Positions 44,285 through 53,782 are shown, counted from the stretch's first letter. The stretch is 64,000 nucleotides of DNA from Candidatus Micrarchaeota archaeon (GCA_021803425.1 JAJZLN010000007.1:7583-71582); one strand, 5' to 3'. Translations and numbers: made by a program. The notes: generated by a model from the sequence alone, not told the origin.

Positions 44285-44800
44285 ATGAGTGTTAAGCGCC
44301 TAGAGATACCAGAAGTTCTACTTATAGAGAAGGCCTTATTTAAAGATAATCGTGGATGGTTCTCCGAGTTTTATAATCAACAGGATGCTAATTTACCAAA
44401 GTTTGTGCAGCAGAATGCTGCATTCACCAAAAAAGGTGGTCTTCGTGGGCTTCATTGGCAGGAGGAGCCGCATTTTCAGGAAAAACTCGTAAGCGTATTG
44501 TCGGGGAAAATACTTGATGTTGCGGTGGATATAAGAAAAGACAGCAAGACATTCGGAAGGCATGTAAAGATTGAGCTTGTCCCTGGACAGCTCCTATTTG
44601 TTCCAAAAGGGTTTGCACACGGATTTCAGGCACTGGAAGACAGTTGTGTTACCTACTTAGTTTCTAATTTTTATTTTAAGGGGAGTGAAAGGGGTATAAA
44701 CTTCCTGTCTCCCAGTTTGAAAATAAATCTTAGTAATATCCCACTAATAATGTCCGAAAAGGATAGAAATGCCAAGTCATTTGAAGAGGTATTTGGATGA
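44285..44800 (+). CDS. RmlC-like cupin, NDP-4-keto-6-deoxy-sugar 3,5-epimerase
   Basis: 171 aa with DNRGWFSEFY, LRGLHWQ and VPKGFAHGFQAL. Confidence 0.8.
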   Translation: MSVKRLEIPEVLLIEKALFKDNRGWFSEFYNQQDANLPKFVQQNAAFTKKGGLRGLHWQEEPHFQEKLVSVLSGKILDVAVDIRKDSKTFGRHVKIELVPGQLLFVPKGFAHGFQALEDSCVTYLVSNFYFKGSERGINFLSPSLKINLSNIPLIMSEKDRNAKSFEEVFG

Positions 44801-45663
44801 CCACAGACAGAGCCTATGGAAAAAATGTGTTAATAATAGGTGGATCTGGACAGTTGGGCAAAAGCTTATCTGAATTCATGCTAAAGAAGGGCTATACAGT
44901 TAACTCCACATATAACACTAAAGCAGAAGGCACACTGCAACTCGATGTGACGGATAGGAAAAGGACTTTTGAGGTAATCACAAAATTCCATCCGGATGTA
45001 ATAATAGATACCCACTCGCTTCTTGCTAGAGAATGCGAAAGAGATCATGAATTAGCTTGGAAAGTCAATGTTGAAGGTACGAAGAACATTGCAGAAGCTG
45101 CAATTGAGACAGCGTCTGGACTTATATTCATCTCTTCTGATTACATATTTGATGGGACAAAAAAAAAGTACGATGAAAGAGAGACGCTTAGTCCAGTAAA
45201 TCAATACGGATTTACAAAGGCAGTTTCAGAAGCTATTGTCAGATATTTTGTGCCAGATAGTCTTATTATACGAACTTCTGGGATTTATGGAGCTAGAAAG
45301 GGATTTCCTAAGTTAGTCTACAATACACTTAAGAATGGCAATAATTTTGAAGTATACATTGATCAGTATGTAAGTCCAACATTTGTGGAGAATCTTACAG
45401 AGATTATAGTTTTACTTTACCAAAAAGGTGAAAAGGGGATATTTAACATCGCTAGCGATAAGCCTATGAGTAAATATGAATTTGCGGTCAAAGTATGCAA
45501 GAGGTTTAATTTAAATAGAGAACTTTTAATTCCAGTTGCAACCAAAGAAAAAAGCATATTTACTGGTGGAAAGATCAAGCTTGACACCAAAAAATTAGAA
45601 AAGGCGCTTGGAATGAAGCCACAGGATCTGAAAGAAGGACTAAATATGGTTGAGTTTGATTGA
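44797..45663 (+). CDS. RmlD-like NDP-4-keto-sugar reductase (SDR)
   Basis: It has VLIIGGSGQLGKSL, SSDYIFDG, YGFTKAVSE and IIRTSGIYG. It has a 4-nt overlap with the epimerase gene. Confidence 0.8.
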   Translation: MTTDRAYGKNVLIIGGSGQLGKSLSEFMLKKGYTVNSTYNTKAEGTLQLDVTDRKRTFEVITKFHPDVIIDTHSLLARECERDHELAWKVNVEGTKNIAEAAIETASGLIFISSDYIFDGTKKKYDERETLSPVNQYGFTKAVSEAIVRYFVPDSLIIRTSGIYGARKGFPKLVYNTLKNGNNFEVYIDQYVSPTFVENLTEIIVLLYQKGEKGIFNIASDKPMSKYEFAVKVCKRFNLNRELLIPVATKEKSIFTGGKIKLDTKKLEKALGMKPQDLKEGLNMVEFD

Positions 45664-46650
45664 ATGAATATTTTGATAAGTGGCGGCGCTGGCTATATCG
45701 GCTCAATACTTTCTGAAGAGTTAGTCAGAAGAGGCTATAAGGTTACCATATTGGATACTTTCTTTTTCGGGGAAGAATCCATTAAAAGTATAAGGGATCA
45801 GGTAAAAATTGTAAAAGGAGATATAAGGGCGGTCAGTGCCGATGTTTTCGATGGAGTTGATGCTGTAATAAATATGGCAGCTATATCGAATGACCCAGCT
45901 AGTGAACTTAAACATGGGCTTACAGAATCGATAAATCATTTTGGAAGATCAAGGACTGTGGAACTCAGCAAAAAGAAAGGAGTGAAAAAACACATACTTG
46001 CTTCAAGTTGTTCCATATATGGATTTACTGATGGAATCTCCGATGAAACATCAAAAGTAAATCCGCTTACAGTATATGCAAAGGCAAATGAAGCACTTGA
46101 AAAGGATGCCTTCGCTTTAGCGGACAGGAATTTTTGTGTCACTTCGCTGAGACAGGCTACTGTGTATGGATTGTCACCAAGAATGCGTTTCGACCTGATG
46201 GTAAATACGATGGTACTACAGATTTTTAGAGACGGAAAGATAACGCTTCTCGGAGATGGCGGAGAATATCGACCTTTTGTGCACGTAAAAGATACCGCCA
46301 TGGCATTTGTAAATACACTTGAATCTGATGATGATTCAGTAAATGGCGAAATTTTCAATGTTGGAGAAGTCAATATGAGGCTTGATGAACTGACTCATAG
46401 AGTGACTGATGCACTTAAATTGAAGTATAGATGCGATTTTGGAACCATGATCGACAAGAGAAATTATCGTGTGAGTTTTGAGAAGATTAAAAAGATTGGC
46501 TGGAAACCGGAGTACAATATAGATGAAGGTGCTAGAGAGGTATGGAGAGCACTTAAAAATAGAAGTACAAATCCAGATGACCCGCGCACGATAACTGTAA
46601 AGTGGTATAAAAATTTGATAGAGCAAAATGAGGTAAAAGTGGATGGATAG
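45664..46650 (+). CDS. NAD-dependent epimerase/dehydratase-family protein (extended SDR)
   Basis: It has ILISGGAGYIGSILSEELVRRGY, and the catalytic region is VYAKANEALE. Confidence 0.7.
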   Translation: MNILISGGAGYIGSILSEELVRRGYKVTILDTFFFGEESIKSIRDQVKIVKGDIRAVSADVFDGVDAVINMAAISNDPASELKHGLTESINHFGRSRTVELSKKKGVKKHILASSCSIYGFTDGISDETSKVNPLTVYAKANEALEKDAFALADRNFCVTSLRQATVYGLSPRMRFDLMVNTMVLQIFRDGKITLLGDGGEYRPFVHVKDTAMAFVNTLESDDDSVNGEIFNVGEVNMRLDELTHRVTDALKLKYRCDFGTMIDKRNYRVSFEKIKKIGWKPEYNIDEGAREVWRALKNRSTNPDDPRTITVKWYKNLIEQNEVKVDG

Positions 46651-47650
46651 GCTTTCTGTGCTTACCTTTACGTGTAATGATCAGAAACTTGCAAAGGAGC
46701 TTATAAAGGATGTTGCTGAAATTGCTGATGAAATAGTGATAATGGATTCCAGTGATGTTAAAATAGATAAGAAATATTTTCCTTATAAAGAAAAGATAAA
46801 AATCTTTCACAATAAAAGATTGGGCTATCCTGAACCATTCAAGTTATATGGTATAAGCAAATGTATGGGTAACTGGATACTTGTAATATATACTGATGAA
46901 CGTTTAAGCAGTGGGCTAAAAAGGGATATTAAAAAAATAATGAAGTCTAGAAAGGATACCCTAGTTATTTCAATAAAAAGGTATGACGATTGGACCTCAA
47001 AAGGACTTGGTAGCCATTATAGCTGGCAGAATGTATTGTTTCAAAATAGATTAGACAAATTAAATGGAGTAAAGGGAAATATACATGAAATAGCAGAGCC
47101 TAAAGATAAAAATAACAGTGTGAAGATCCTTTCTAATAAGGATTATTACATAATACATTTGCGTAAGGAAGAGGAGCTTCATCTCAATTATAGTGAATTA
47201 AACCAGCTTCTTAGAATTTCTTATGGAGATATGCCTAGAAAATTCAGGAATTCCGGAGTATTTTTTGGAAATCCTGTTGCATTAGGTTTACTAGACATAT
47301 ATTTGAAAGGCAAAAATCCTAATGATGAATTGAGCTATGTGGGATATTGGATATATTTCTTACTATTTCATATTAAACAAGCAATAGATGCTAAAAATAT
47401 TGATCGAATAACAAGAAATTTTCCACAAAGAATGGAAGAGATAAGGAGATATCTTTCTGAATCAAACAGTAAAATCATGTTTAAGGCGATAAAAGAAGCA
47501 GAGGATATTGGTGTGGCCTATTATTTGAAATTGAATACGAAAAAGGGTATGCAAAAACTTTCTTCTTATAAAGAAAACGGGATAAAATTACTTTTCAAAC
47601 TGATACTTGACGAGTATGCAAGGAAACATAGAATCAGAAAGGTAGATTAG
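46643..47650 (+). CDS. GT2-like glycosyltransferase with a helical C-terminal extension (paralog of 38239..39303)
   Basis: It has LSVLTFTCNDQKLAKELIKDVAEIADEIVIMDSSD followed by LVIYTDERLS. Confidence 0.6.
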   Translation: MDRLSVLTFTCNDQKLAKELIKDVAEIADEIVIMDSSDVKIDKKYFPYKEKIKIFHNKRLGYPEPFKLYGISKCMGNWILVIYTDERLSSGLKRDIKKIMKSRKDTLVISIKRYDDWTSKGLGSHYSWQNVLFQNRLDKLNGVKGNIHEIAEPKDKNNSVKILSNKDYYIIHLRKEEELHLNYSELNQLLRISYGDMPRKFRNSGVFFGNPVALGLLDIYLKGKNPNDELSYVGYWIYFLLFHIKQAIDAKNIDRITRNFPQRMEEIRRYLSESNSKIMFKAIKEAEDIGVAYYLKLNTKKGMQKLSSYKENGIKLLFKLILDEYARKHRIRKVD

Positions 47651-48699
47651 TGATAGCTTTGATAAAAGTGGGACTTTTAGGTTTAGCAGAAGATTATGAC
47701 AAGAGTAAAGGGCAGGGCATACAAAGGTATATGCATGAAGTTTATTTCAGGATGAAATTGAATAGAAAGAATATACAAATAGAAAAGACAGGAAATTCAC
47801 ACATAGTTCCGGTAATAGGCGCAGGATTATCCTTTCTTTTAGGAAACATGGCGTTTGATTTTGGCAATTATGACATAATTCACAACATGGACCAGAAACC
47901 ACTTCTTCCGCTTAGAAAAGACAATGCTATATTAGTAACTACTGTGCATGACTTCCAGCCACTTCTTGCCCCATATCTGAACGATATCGGTCCAAAGGAG
48001 AGGCTGTGGCAGGCGATCATAAACTATGGGATGTGGAAATCTCTGGAATCGGACTATCTAATAGCTAGGTCGACCCTAACTAAAGCAGATGCAATAAAGT
48101 TAGGTTATGACAGAAGCAAAATAACGATTATAAGCGATGGGGTAGATGAAAGGTATTTTTCCAGATCACGAAGGATGAAAAGAAAGGATTTTGTGGTTGG
48201 ATATTTGGGAGCATTCAGAAAGAGGAAGAATATTGGTTTTGCAATAAATTCATTCAGGCACATAAATACGAAAAACATAACGTTTGAGATTTACGGCAAG
48301 GAAGAATTTGAATATAAAAAAGTAATTTCTGCATCAACAAAGGATGGCAGGATAAAATACATGGGCTTTGCACCAGAAAACAAAATAGTGCAGATATACG
48401 ACAGTTTCGACGCGTTCGTATTCCCAAGCCTTTATGAAGGGTTTGGCATACCCATTATAGAGGCGCAGGCGAGAGGTCTTCCTGTAATAATTTGCAAGCA
48501 TGGAAAAATACCCAAAGAAGTAAGAAAGTACTGCTTCGAAGCTGATGATGAAGAACACATGGCGCGGATAATAGAAAGCTTAAAGGAAAACGGATACAAC
48601 GAAAGGATAAGGAAGAAGGCCACAGAATATGCGAGGAGCTTCACATGGGCAAGAGAATCAACTGAAACTCTAAAGCTTTATAAAATCATTATGGGATAA
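47650..48699 (+). CDS. GT4-family glycosyltransferase, copy B
   Basis: It has FVFPSLYEGFGIPIIEAQARGLPVI. Its N-terminal half is unlike copies A and C. Confidence 0.85.
   Translation: MIALIKVGLLGLAEDYDKSKGQGIQRYMHEVYFRMKLNRKNIQIEKTGNSHIVPVIGAGLSFLLGNMAFDFGNYDIIHNMDQKPLLPLRKDNAILVTTVHDFQPLLAPYLNDIGPKERLWQAIINYGMWKSLESDYLIARSTLTKADAIKLGYDRSKITIISDGVDERYFSRSRRMKRKDFVVGYLGAFRKRKNIGFAINSFRHINTKNITFEIYGKEEFEYKKVISASTKDGRIKYMGFAPENKIVQIYDSFDAFVFPSLYEGFGIPIIEAQARGLPVIICKHGKIPKEVRKYCFEADDEEHMARIIESLKENGYNERIRKKATEYARSFTWARESTETLKLYKIIMG
48361..48649. repeat. Conserved GT4 3'-module, copy B
   Basis: See 40017-40330. Confidence 0.85.
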
Positions 48700-48809
48700 A
48701 ATAGTTGTAATATAGAAGCCCGAAAGTCAAAGAATATATCTGAAGCTACTTAATCTCTAAAATTCAAATTGGTATAAACACAATATAATGTTAACAAAGC
48801 TGTATAATA

Positions 48810-49340
48810 ATGTGCAATCGTAATGATTACAAAAACTATTTATTTTCAAATCATAGAAAAGAAATGATAGCTAGTGAACTTGACGCTTGGCACAAACAAT
48901 ATCTACCAATATCTTCAAAAGGTACTATTCTGGATGTTGGTGCAGGAGAAGGTGAAACTATGTTATTCTATCTCCTTCATGGAGCTAAAAGGATAATTTG
49001 TATAGAAGCTGACAGAAATAAAGTCAACATATTGCGTAAGAACGCCAAACTTGCAGAGAAAAAATTTGATGCTCAAATCGATATTATAGAAGCATGGCTT
49101 GATAACATAAAGATAGATATAGATGGTGGGGAAGAAAACATGGTAATGGAAAAGCATTTTGTAGGATATTGGAAGGAAGTGGGGCATTCTCAAGGTTTTC
49201 CTGCCGCTGCAAAAGTCTATAAACTTAAAAAGATAAAGTGGCTTGATAATCTGCTTTTAGCTAAGGAACTATTCATAATAAAATTTACACAACCAAAAGA
49301 AGTATATGAAAAAGAGAGGACAAAAGGAAGAAGGAATTAA
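48810..49340 (+). CDS. SAM-dependent methyltransferase (FkbM-like)
   Basis: It has ILDVGAGEGETMLFYLLHGAKRIICIEADRNKVNILRKN. Confidence 0.6.
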   Translation: MCNRNDYKNYLFSNHRKEMIASELDAWHKQYLPISSKGTILDVGAGEGETMLFYLLHGAKRIICIEADRNKVNILRKNAKLAEKKFDAQIDIIEAWLDNIKIDIDGGEENMVMEKHFVGYWKEVGHSQGFPAAAKVYKLKKIKWLDNLLLAKELFIIKFTQPKEVYEKERTKGRRN

Positions 49341-49369
49341 TAAACAAATTAACTATCATCCCATTAAAA

Positions 49370-50539
49370 ATGGTAATCATGAGTCAAAATAAAAAGAAAA
49401 TTAAATTGGCAATATTTACTGGCAGCGATATGCGTACCTTTGGAGGAGGCGAGAAATACGTAGTTGAGTTGGTTAATCGTTTGAAGAGTTTCGAAATAGT
49501 AATATTTTCATATAACGGAAAGCCCCCTTTTAGGCAAACATATGCCCAAATTAAAAAAATATGTAAAACTAAAATTGCATATTATAACGCATTTGAGCTA
49601 CCACTGATCAAAGAGCGCTTCATGTTTACATTAAGTGGAATTAAAGCATTAAATGAACTTCAAAAATTTGATGTTGTTTACTGCTTAGATAACAGTTTCT
49701 TTACAAACCTTCTATTGTATATTGCCAGTAGAAAATACAAATTCAAATATATACTGGGAATACACGATGCAAATATACTTAAGGACAAACCAATAATTCC
49801 TTCTTCTGCAAGGAGAATGCTCCTCAAAATTTACGCTCCTATAAGGAATTTTGGAATAATGCATGCGCCAAATATAAGGGTAGTAAATGAAGCTGACGGC
49901 GAAAAATTGCGCAATATGGGTTACAAAGGGCAAATATATAAAATAACTGATTTTGTAAATGTTGGTAGAACAAAAGTACGTATTAACAAAAACCGATTTA
50001 TAGTTCTTTTTGTAGGCAGATTAAGTATAGAGCATAAAGGGGTAGATTTTCTCATAGAAATAATAAATAAAGTATTGAAATTGAATAGTAACATATTTTT
50101 TGATATAGTGGGATCTGGAGACAACGGCGAAAAAATCGTAATGAATCTTGTCAAAAAAAACCCGAATAACGTAAAATGGCTTGGATTTATCAATGAAAAA
50201 ATGTTATCCAAAGAATATGCCAAAGCCAACCTGCTTTTATTTCCTTCAAGGTTTGAAAGTTTCGGATTGAGCCTTGCAGAAGGACAAGCATACGGCCTTC
50301 CTGCAGTAGCTTTTAATGTCAGGGGTCCAAATGTTATAATAAAAAATAACTTGCAAGGTGCTCTGATAGAGCCATTTCATGTAAATTTAATGGTTTCTGA
50401 AGTAATCAAATACTATAAGCTTTGGAAAAATAATAAAAAAGATTATTTCAGGATTAAACAATCAATATCTAAAATAATAACAAGAAGATTTGGACAGGAT
50501 ACAATAATGCCTAAAATAATAAACATGTTTACTACTTGA
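49370..50539 (+). CDS. GT4-family glycosyltransferase (distinct lineage)
   Basis: It has LLLFPSRFESFGLSLAEGQAYGLPAVA. Confidence 0.82.
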   Translation: MVIMSQNKKKIKLAIFTGSDMRTFGGGEKYVVELVNRLKSFEIVIFSYNGKPPFRQTYAQIKKICKTKIAYYNAFELPLIKERFMFTLSGIKALNELQKFDVVYCLDNSFFTNLLLYIASRKYKFKYILGIHDANILKDKPIIPSSARRMLLKIYAPIRNFGIMHAPNIRVVNEADGEKLRNMGYKGQIYKITDFVNVGRTKVRINKNRFIVLFVGRLSIEHKGVDFLIEIINKVLKLNSNIFFDIVGSGDNGEKIVMNLVKKNPNNVKWLGFINEKMLSKEYAKANLLLFPSRFESFGLSLAEGQAYGLPAVAFNVRGPNVIIKNNLQGALIEPFHVNLMVSEVIKYYKLWKNNKKDYFRIKQSISKIITRRFGQDTIMPKIINMFTT

Positions 50540-50597
50540 AGTTGTAGTAAATATATGTTGTCAATATTAAATATTTTAGATAGGGGTCGGATTAACA

Positions 50598-52145
50598 ATG
50601 AAAAACAGTATTGGCATTGGATTAAAGACAGTAAATGTGGCTAGCTACATACTGTTTGGAAGAATACTCACTTTCGCAATGATCGGAATTGCACTTATTC
50701 TTGTAACCAGAATTCTTGGGCCTACACAATACGGAATATATACGCTTGCAGTCGCATTTGCAGGAATATTTGGCTCTATAGGATATTTTGGAGTTGGGAC
50801 TGCTTTAAACAAGTTCATAGCAGAATACAAGGAAAAAAAAGACAAGGACGAAATAAGCACAATATTCTCAAACGCGCTGTTTTTAGTGATAATAACTGGC
50901 GTGATCCTTACTGCAATCTCATTCTTCTTAAGCAACTTTATTTCCGGATATATATTCCATACCTCTTCAATGTCATATGTGATTAAGGCAGTGTCATTTT
51001 GGATAATAACCGCAATGCTGTTCGGAACTGTCTATGATTCTCTTCTTGGATTTGGTAATGGCAGAAACGTTGCCATTGCAGCAAGCGTACAGGCATTCTT
51101 CCAGGCAGGTATAAGCATTGCGTTTGCATTGATGGGGTTCGGTGCTCTTGCTCCTATATTTGGGCTTGTATTTGGGTACTTCATAGGATTTGCAATAGGC
51201 ATTACACTGATGTTCAGATACAACAAGCTGCATTTAACTATGCCTTCACTAATGCATATCAAGAGGCTTGTAGGTTTTTCTCTTCCGCTTGCGACTGCCA
51301 ACATATTCGGCGGTTTGATAGGGAGCTTTGGATTGGTGCTTCTCGGGTATTTTACAGTCCCTGCAGTATTGGGAAATATAGGGATTGCATCCAGGACAAG
51401 TTCATTGCTGAGCATAGTGTTCGATTCAATAAGCTTTGCAATCCTTCCCACTTTTTCTGCTGTCACTTCAAACCTTAAACTCAAAAAACAAATAGGAAGG
51501 CTGTACGGATACACTGTATATTTGGCAATACTTTTTGTATCACCGCTGCTTTTCTATATTGCAATATTCTCTCTTCCATTCTCATATACCCTATTCGGTG
51601 GCAGTTATAGCTCTGCGCCCCTGTACATGTCGGTATTGAGTATAGGGCTGCTCATAGGGATAGCGGGATCGTATGCAAATACTGTGCTTATAAGTTCTGG
51701 ACACGTGAAGCTTTCACTTAAATACAATTCCATAGCCTACATCATAATGCTCATTCTATTTTTAATTTTAATCCCTATATTCGGTGGTCTAGCATACGTT
51801 CTGATAAGTTTTCTTATCGCTCCTATACTTTTAGATATCATAATTATAAGAGGCATTTTAAGGTTAATGAAGGTGAACTTCAGAAGCAGAAAACTTTTTA
51901 GAATAATGATAGCAAATATAACAGTTTCAATAATCCTTTTTCCACTTTACTTTGCATTCAACGGAATAATTCTATTGGCTCTGGCTGCCATGGGATTTTG
52001 TATCCTTTATCCAATATTTGTAGTAATTGCAGGTGGCGTAGACGTAGGGGATATTAATACTATAAAAGACATTTCAAATGGAGTACCTATTGCAGGAAGG
52101 ATAGTCCAGATATTTATAGACTATGCAAAAATGGCGATTAGATGA
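50598..52145 (+). CDS. Polysaccharide/oligosaccharide flippase (Wzx-like, MOP superfamily)
   Basis: 515 aa, polytopic, with about 12 or more hydrophobic helices. It sits in a glycosyltransferase context. Confidence 0.7.
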   Translation: MKNSIGIGLKTVNVASYILFGRILTFAMIGIALILVTRILGPTQYGIYTLAVAFAGIFGSIGYFGVGTALNKFIAEYKEKKDKDEISTIFSNALFLVIITGVILTAISFFLSNFISGYIFHTSSMSYVIKAVSFWIITAMLFGTVYDSLLGFGNGRNVAIAASVQAFFQAGISIAFALMGFGALAPIFGLVFGYFIGFAIGITLMFRYNKLHLTMPSLMHIKRLVGFSLPLATANIFGGLIGSFGLVLLGYFTVPAVLGNIGIASRTSSLLSIVFDSISFAILPTFSAVTSNLKLKKQIGRLYGYTVYLAILFVSPLLFYIAIFSLPFSYTLFGGSYSSAPLYMSVLSIGLLIGIAGSYANTVLISSGHVKLSLKYNSIAYIIMLILFLILIPIFGGLAYVLISFLIAPILLDIIIIRGILRLMKVNFRSRKLFRIMIANITVSIILFPLYFAFNGIILLALAAMGFCILYPIFVVIAGGVDVGDINTIKDISNGVPIAGRIVQIFIDYAKMAIR

Positions 52146-52657
52146 AATTCAGCTTCTCTAAAAATATATTCGTGAATAAAAAGTTAAGGGAAGAGCTTTC
52201 CAAGCCTTTCGGCAAACTTATGAATACTGAAAAGTTAATAAAATATATAAAGAACTATGAAACAGTATACGCAATAGGTGATGTTACTCTTTCTGAATTA
52301 TTAAAACAAGGTCGCATTCCAAAAGTAGGTATTTTTGATTATAGAACCGAGAGGGACGCAGTGCAATTTCCAATAATCAGGGAAACGTATAAAAATCCTC
52401 TATGTGTAAAAAACAGACGCGGAGAACTCAGCACCGGGCTCTGGCAAGCAGTTGAAATTGCATCTAAGTCTAAGAAGCCTGTTGGAATTAGGGTATACGG
52501 TGAGGAGGATCTTGCTTCACTGGCCTGCATCTATTTTGCAAAAAATGGGGATATTGTTGTTTATGGTATGCGTGGAATGGGAATGTCGGTAATAAAAATA
52601 AATAAAAAAATAAAGGATTATATTGTAAGAGTACTCAAAATCATGTCAATTTCATGA
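52142..52657 (+). CDS. DUF359 protein, archaeal GTP-dependent dephospho-CoA kinase candidate
   Basis: It has AIGDVTLSELLKQGRIPKVGIFDYRTER and VYGEEDLASLACIYFAKNGDIVVYGMRGMG, which match the DUF359 GDV...D.kT.R and GEEDLA motifs. It has a 4-nt overlap with the flippase stop. Confidence 0.65.
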   Translation: MKFSFSKNIFVNKKLREELSKPFGKLMNTEKLIKYIKNYETVYAIGDVTLSELLKQGRIPKVGIFDYRTERDAVQFPIIRETYKNPLCVKNRRGELSTGLWQAVEIASKSKKPVGIRVYGEEDLASLACIYFAKNGDIVVYGMRGMGMSVIKINKKIKDYIVRVLKIMSIS

Positions 52658-52675
52658 AATTCCCATATTTAATAG

Positions 52676-53728
52676 GTGGTTCAAATGCGCATTGGAATAT
52701 TGGGCTCATACGGGGAGTTCAATAAGTTCTCTGGAGAAGGAGTTAAGAGATATTCATATGAGCTATATAATAATCTGAATAATAAATCAATAAATAAAAT
52801 TGCAAATATAATAAAATTAGAAACTAATTTGCCATTAGGAATCATACCATCATTTTTAATAGAAAATAGTTTTAGGAAATTCTCTGATTTTGATATAATA
52901 CATAGTACTGGTCAGCGCATTTTTTTTCCACTAAATAAGGGGAAATGCAAGATTATGGTTACTGCCCATGACTTCAGGCCATTATTAGATCCGATTTGGC
53001 GCATTGAAGTGGGAAATGGCATTAAAAATAAAATATATTCAGAGTTGGGTGTAATGGGCATGCATCAATCTTTAAAATTTGATTATATATCTGCAGATTC
53101 TATGCAAACTAAGGATGAAGCAGTACGTTTGGGGTTTAATAGAAATAATATTTCAGTAGTTAATCTCGGTGTTGATAGGAGATATTTTTCCAGGGCTTCT
53201 AAACATATAAAGAAACAAAAATTTGTAGTGGGCTATGTTGGTTCATTTGCAATACATAAAAATGTAAAATTCTTAGTAAACTCGGTAAAACATATGAATA
53301 AAAACATCATTTTTAACTTATGGGGAAATAAAAATCAGGAATTCAACAATTTGAATAAGCTTTCTTTAAAGTACCAAAATATAAAGTTCATGGGCTTTGC
53401 GCCAGAAAACAAAATAGTACAGATATACGATAGTTTCGATGTATTTGTGTTTCCAAGTCTTTATGAGGGATTCGGCCTGCCTATCCTTGAAGCACAGGCA
53501 AGAGGTCTTCCTGTCATAATTTATAAGAGAGGCAGGATTTCCAATGAGGTAAGAAAGTATTGCTTCGAAGCAGAGGATGAAGCCCACATGGCGCAGATAA
53601 TAGAAAGCTTAAAGGAGAACGGATATAACAAAAAGCTGAAAAGGAAGGCCACAGAATACGCGAGGAGCTTCACATGGGAGAAGTGTGCAAAGGAAACATT
53701 GCAAATATATCAAAAATTGATTAGATAA
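52676..53728 (+). CDS. GT4-family glycosyltransferase, copy C
   Basis: It has FVFPSLYEGFGLPILEAQARGLPVI. The 3' module is shared with copies A and B. Confidence 0.85.
   Translation: MVQMRIGILGSYGEFNKFSGEGVKRYSYELYNNLNNKSINKIANIIKLETNLPLGIIPSFLIENSFRKFSDFDIIHSTGQRIFFPLNKGKCKIMVTAHDFRPLLDPIWRIEVGNGIKNKIYSELGVMGMHQSLKFDYISADSMQTKDEAVRLGFNRNNISVVNLGVDRRYFSRASKHIKKQKFVVGYVGSFAIHKNVKFLVNSVKHMNKNIIFNLWGNKNQEFNNLNKLSLKYQNIKFMGFAPENKIVQIYDSFDVFVFPSLYEGFGLPILEAQARGLPVIIYKRGRISNEVRKYCFEAEDEAHMAQIIESLKENGYNKKLKRKATEYARSFTWEKCAKETLQIYQKLIR
53390..53703. repeat. Conserved GT4 3'-module, copy C
   Basis: See 40017-40330. It shares APENKIVQIYDSFD with copy B and TWEKCAKETL with copy A, giving a mosaic pattern. 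Confidence 0.8.
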
Positions 53729-53782
53729 TGTTCAAAATAAGAAATATTATTAAGTTAAGCATCTAATTTCGAGTAGATATAT

